A DNA stretch of 61,828 nt, the filler included, from Chthonomonadaceae bacterium (GTDB lineage Bacteria; Armatimonadota; Chthonomonadetes; Chthonomonadales; Chthonomonadaceae): NCBI GenBank assembly GCA_035650735.1. It is 4 parts of 4 records of this genome, joined end to end, with 100 filler letters (N's around TTAATTAATTAA, not from the genome) between each part and the next. Parts side by side here need not be neighbours in the genome. Positions count along the whole stretch, not along the records: positions 54,877 to 61,828 come from DASRGZ010000136.1; 3 more parts are not named here. The stretch is one strand, 5' to 3'. Every line of letters starts with the position of its first letter. Within the stretch, counting starts at the first letter, position 1. The notes under the pieces are model-generated. The model did not search any database and was not told the DNA's origin. It saw only the letters and a list, made by a program, of their open reading frames with translations. Shown here in pieces: positions 60,720 to 61,828 of the stretch. Position numbers and translations under genes: made by a program.

Positions 60720-60947
60720 TAGCGGCGTTCCTCGATGATGGTCTCCGATAAGGGCTTGCCTTCGATGGTTGCCATCGGGCGATCCAGGGTGCTCTTCCCT
60801 GTTCGGAGGGAACGTGCTTAAGCAGTCCCGCCTGCATCAGCGTCTCATGCGCGCGCTCTTCTTCCGGCGTATATCCCTTTCAGAAAGTTCCTGCTTCGCT
60901 TGTGTCTGTGCCAAGTCCCCTTCTTCTTTCGCAGCGGCTACATCCAT
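60719..60947 (-). pseudogene. VapB-like antitoxin split over three frames
   Basis: Fragments MDVAAAKEE.., YTPEEERAHETLMQAGLL.., IEGKPLSETIIEERR-TAG; the TAG overlaps the vapC GTG. Confidence 0.7.
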
Positions 60948-60979
60948 TGTACCACGTTCTGATTTGCTTGCTGCTAAGG

Positions 60980-61828
60980 TTAGCCCTCCAGCAGCAGCGT
61001 CTCGGGGTCTTCGATCAGTTCTTTGACGCGCACCAGGAAACGCACGGCCTCGCTGCCGTCCACGATCCGATGGTCGTAGGAGAGGGCCAGGTACATCATG
61101 GGCTTGATGACCACCTGCCCGTTCACGGCCACCGGGCGCTCCTCGATCTTGTGCATACCGAGGATACCCACCTGCGGCGCGTTGAGAATGGGGGTGGACA
61201 GCAGCGAGCCGAAGACGCCGCCATTGGTGATAGTGAAGGTGCCGCCCATAAGCTCCGGCAGCGACAGTTTCCGGTCGCGGGCGCGGGCGGCCAGGTCGGC
61301 GATCTCGCGCTCGATCTCGGCAAAGGTCTTGCGGTCGGCGTCGCGCACCACCGGCACGACCAGCCCCGCCTCCGTGCTGACGGCGATGCCGATGTCGTAA
61401 TAGTACTTGAGCACCATGTCCTCGCCCTGAATCTCGGCATTCAGGCGCGGGAAGGCTTTGAGCGCTCCGACGGTCGCCTTGGTGAAGAACGACATGAAGC
61501 CCAGGCCAACGCCGTGCCGCTCCTTAAACGAGTCGCGGCGGCGCTTACGGACCTCCATGACCGCGCTCATGTCCACCTCGTTGAAGGTGGTGAGCATGGC
61601 GGCGGTGTGCTGGGCTTCGACGAGGCGCTGCGCGATGGTTCGTCGCAGCGGCGACATGCGCACGCGCTCTTCCGGGCGCTGTTCGGTGACCGGAAGGGAC
61701 GATGGCGCGGCAGGCCGCTCGGCGCGCGCCGTCGCGGGCGCCGGTTGGGCGGGCGGCGGAGCCGCCGCCGGACGCTCGGTAGGGCGTTCTGCCGGAGGCA
61801 CGGCCACCGTGCGCTCCTGGGGCGATTC
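60980..61828 (-). CDS. sucB: 2-oxoglutarate dehydrogenase E2 (succinyltransferase), 3' part
   Basis: '[11 protein letters not shown]', '[22 protein letters not shown]', '[11 protein letters not shown]'. Confidence 0.95.
   Translation of the reverse strand, partial: ESPQERTVAVPPAERPTERPAAAPPPAQPAPATARAERPAAPSSLPVTEQRPEERVRMSPLRRTIAQRLVEAQHTAAMLTTFNEVDMSAVMEVRKRRRDSFKERHGVGLGFMSFFTKATVGALKAFPRLNAEIQGEDMVLKYYYDIGIAVSTEAGLVVPVVRDADRKTFAEIEREIADLAARARDRKLSLPELMGGTFTITNGGVFGSLLSTPILNAPQVGILGMHKIEERPVAVNGQVVIKPMMYLALSYDHRIVDGSEAVRFLVRVKELIEDPETLLLEG

Overview
GC-rich bacterial sequence, probably Armatimonadota (inferred from prepilin/H-X9-DG DUF1559 proteins of the '[19 protein letters not shown]' type and CRTAC1/ASPIC lipoproteins). 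It is four contigs joined by 100-nt N/TTAATTAATTAA/N linkers (28415-28514, 45018-45117, 54777-54876), so adjacency across those points is artificial. Most genes are housekeeping or catabolic: a MoxR cluster, metG, ricT, pyrK, GH42, phosphoketolase, intein-containing gyrA, inositol oxygenase, rhaEW, an ECF sigma/anti-sigma pair, lepB and sucB. Main findings: (1) a likely unannotated selenoprotein, an FmdB zinc ribbon with in-frame UGA, a SECIS-like hairpin and a Cys tail; (2) a ~46-bp hairpin unit with covarying ends that nests inside itself and inside REP hairpins at six loci; (3) a 37-bp insert flanked by a perfect 30-bp duplication inside a DUF362 gene, the geometry expected of ectopic Cas1-Cas2 integration; (4) IS1-type MITEs, one with an 8-bp target duplication; (5) a MetRS with non-canonical HIGH/KMSKS motifs; (6) decaying Rhs toxin-immunity and VapBC modules; (7) a DUF1559-TPR-CRTAC1 surface operon with an unusual leader. 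All family assignments come from motif recognition, not database searches.
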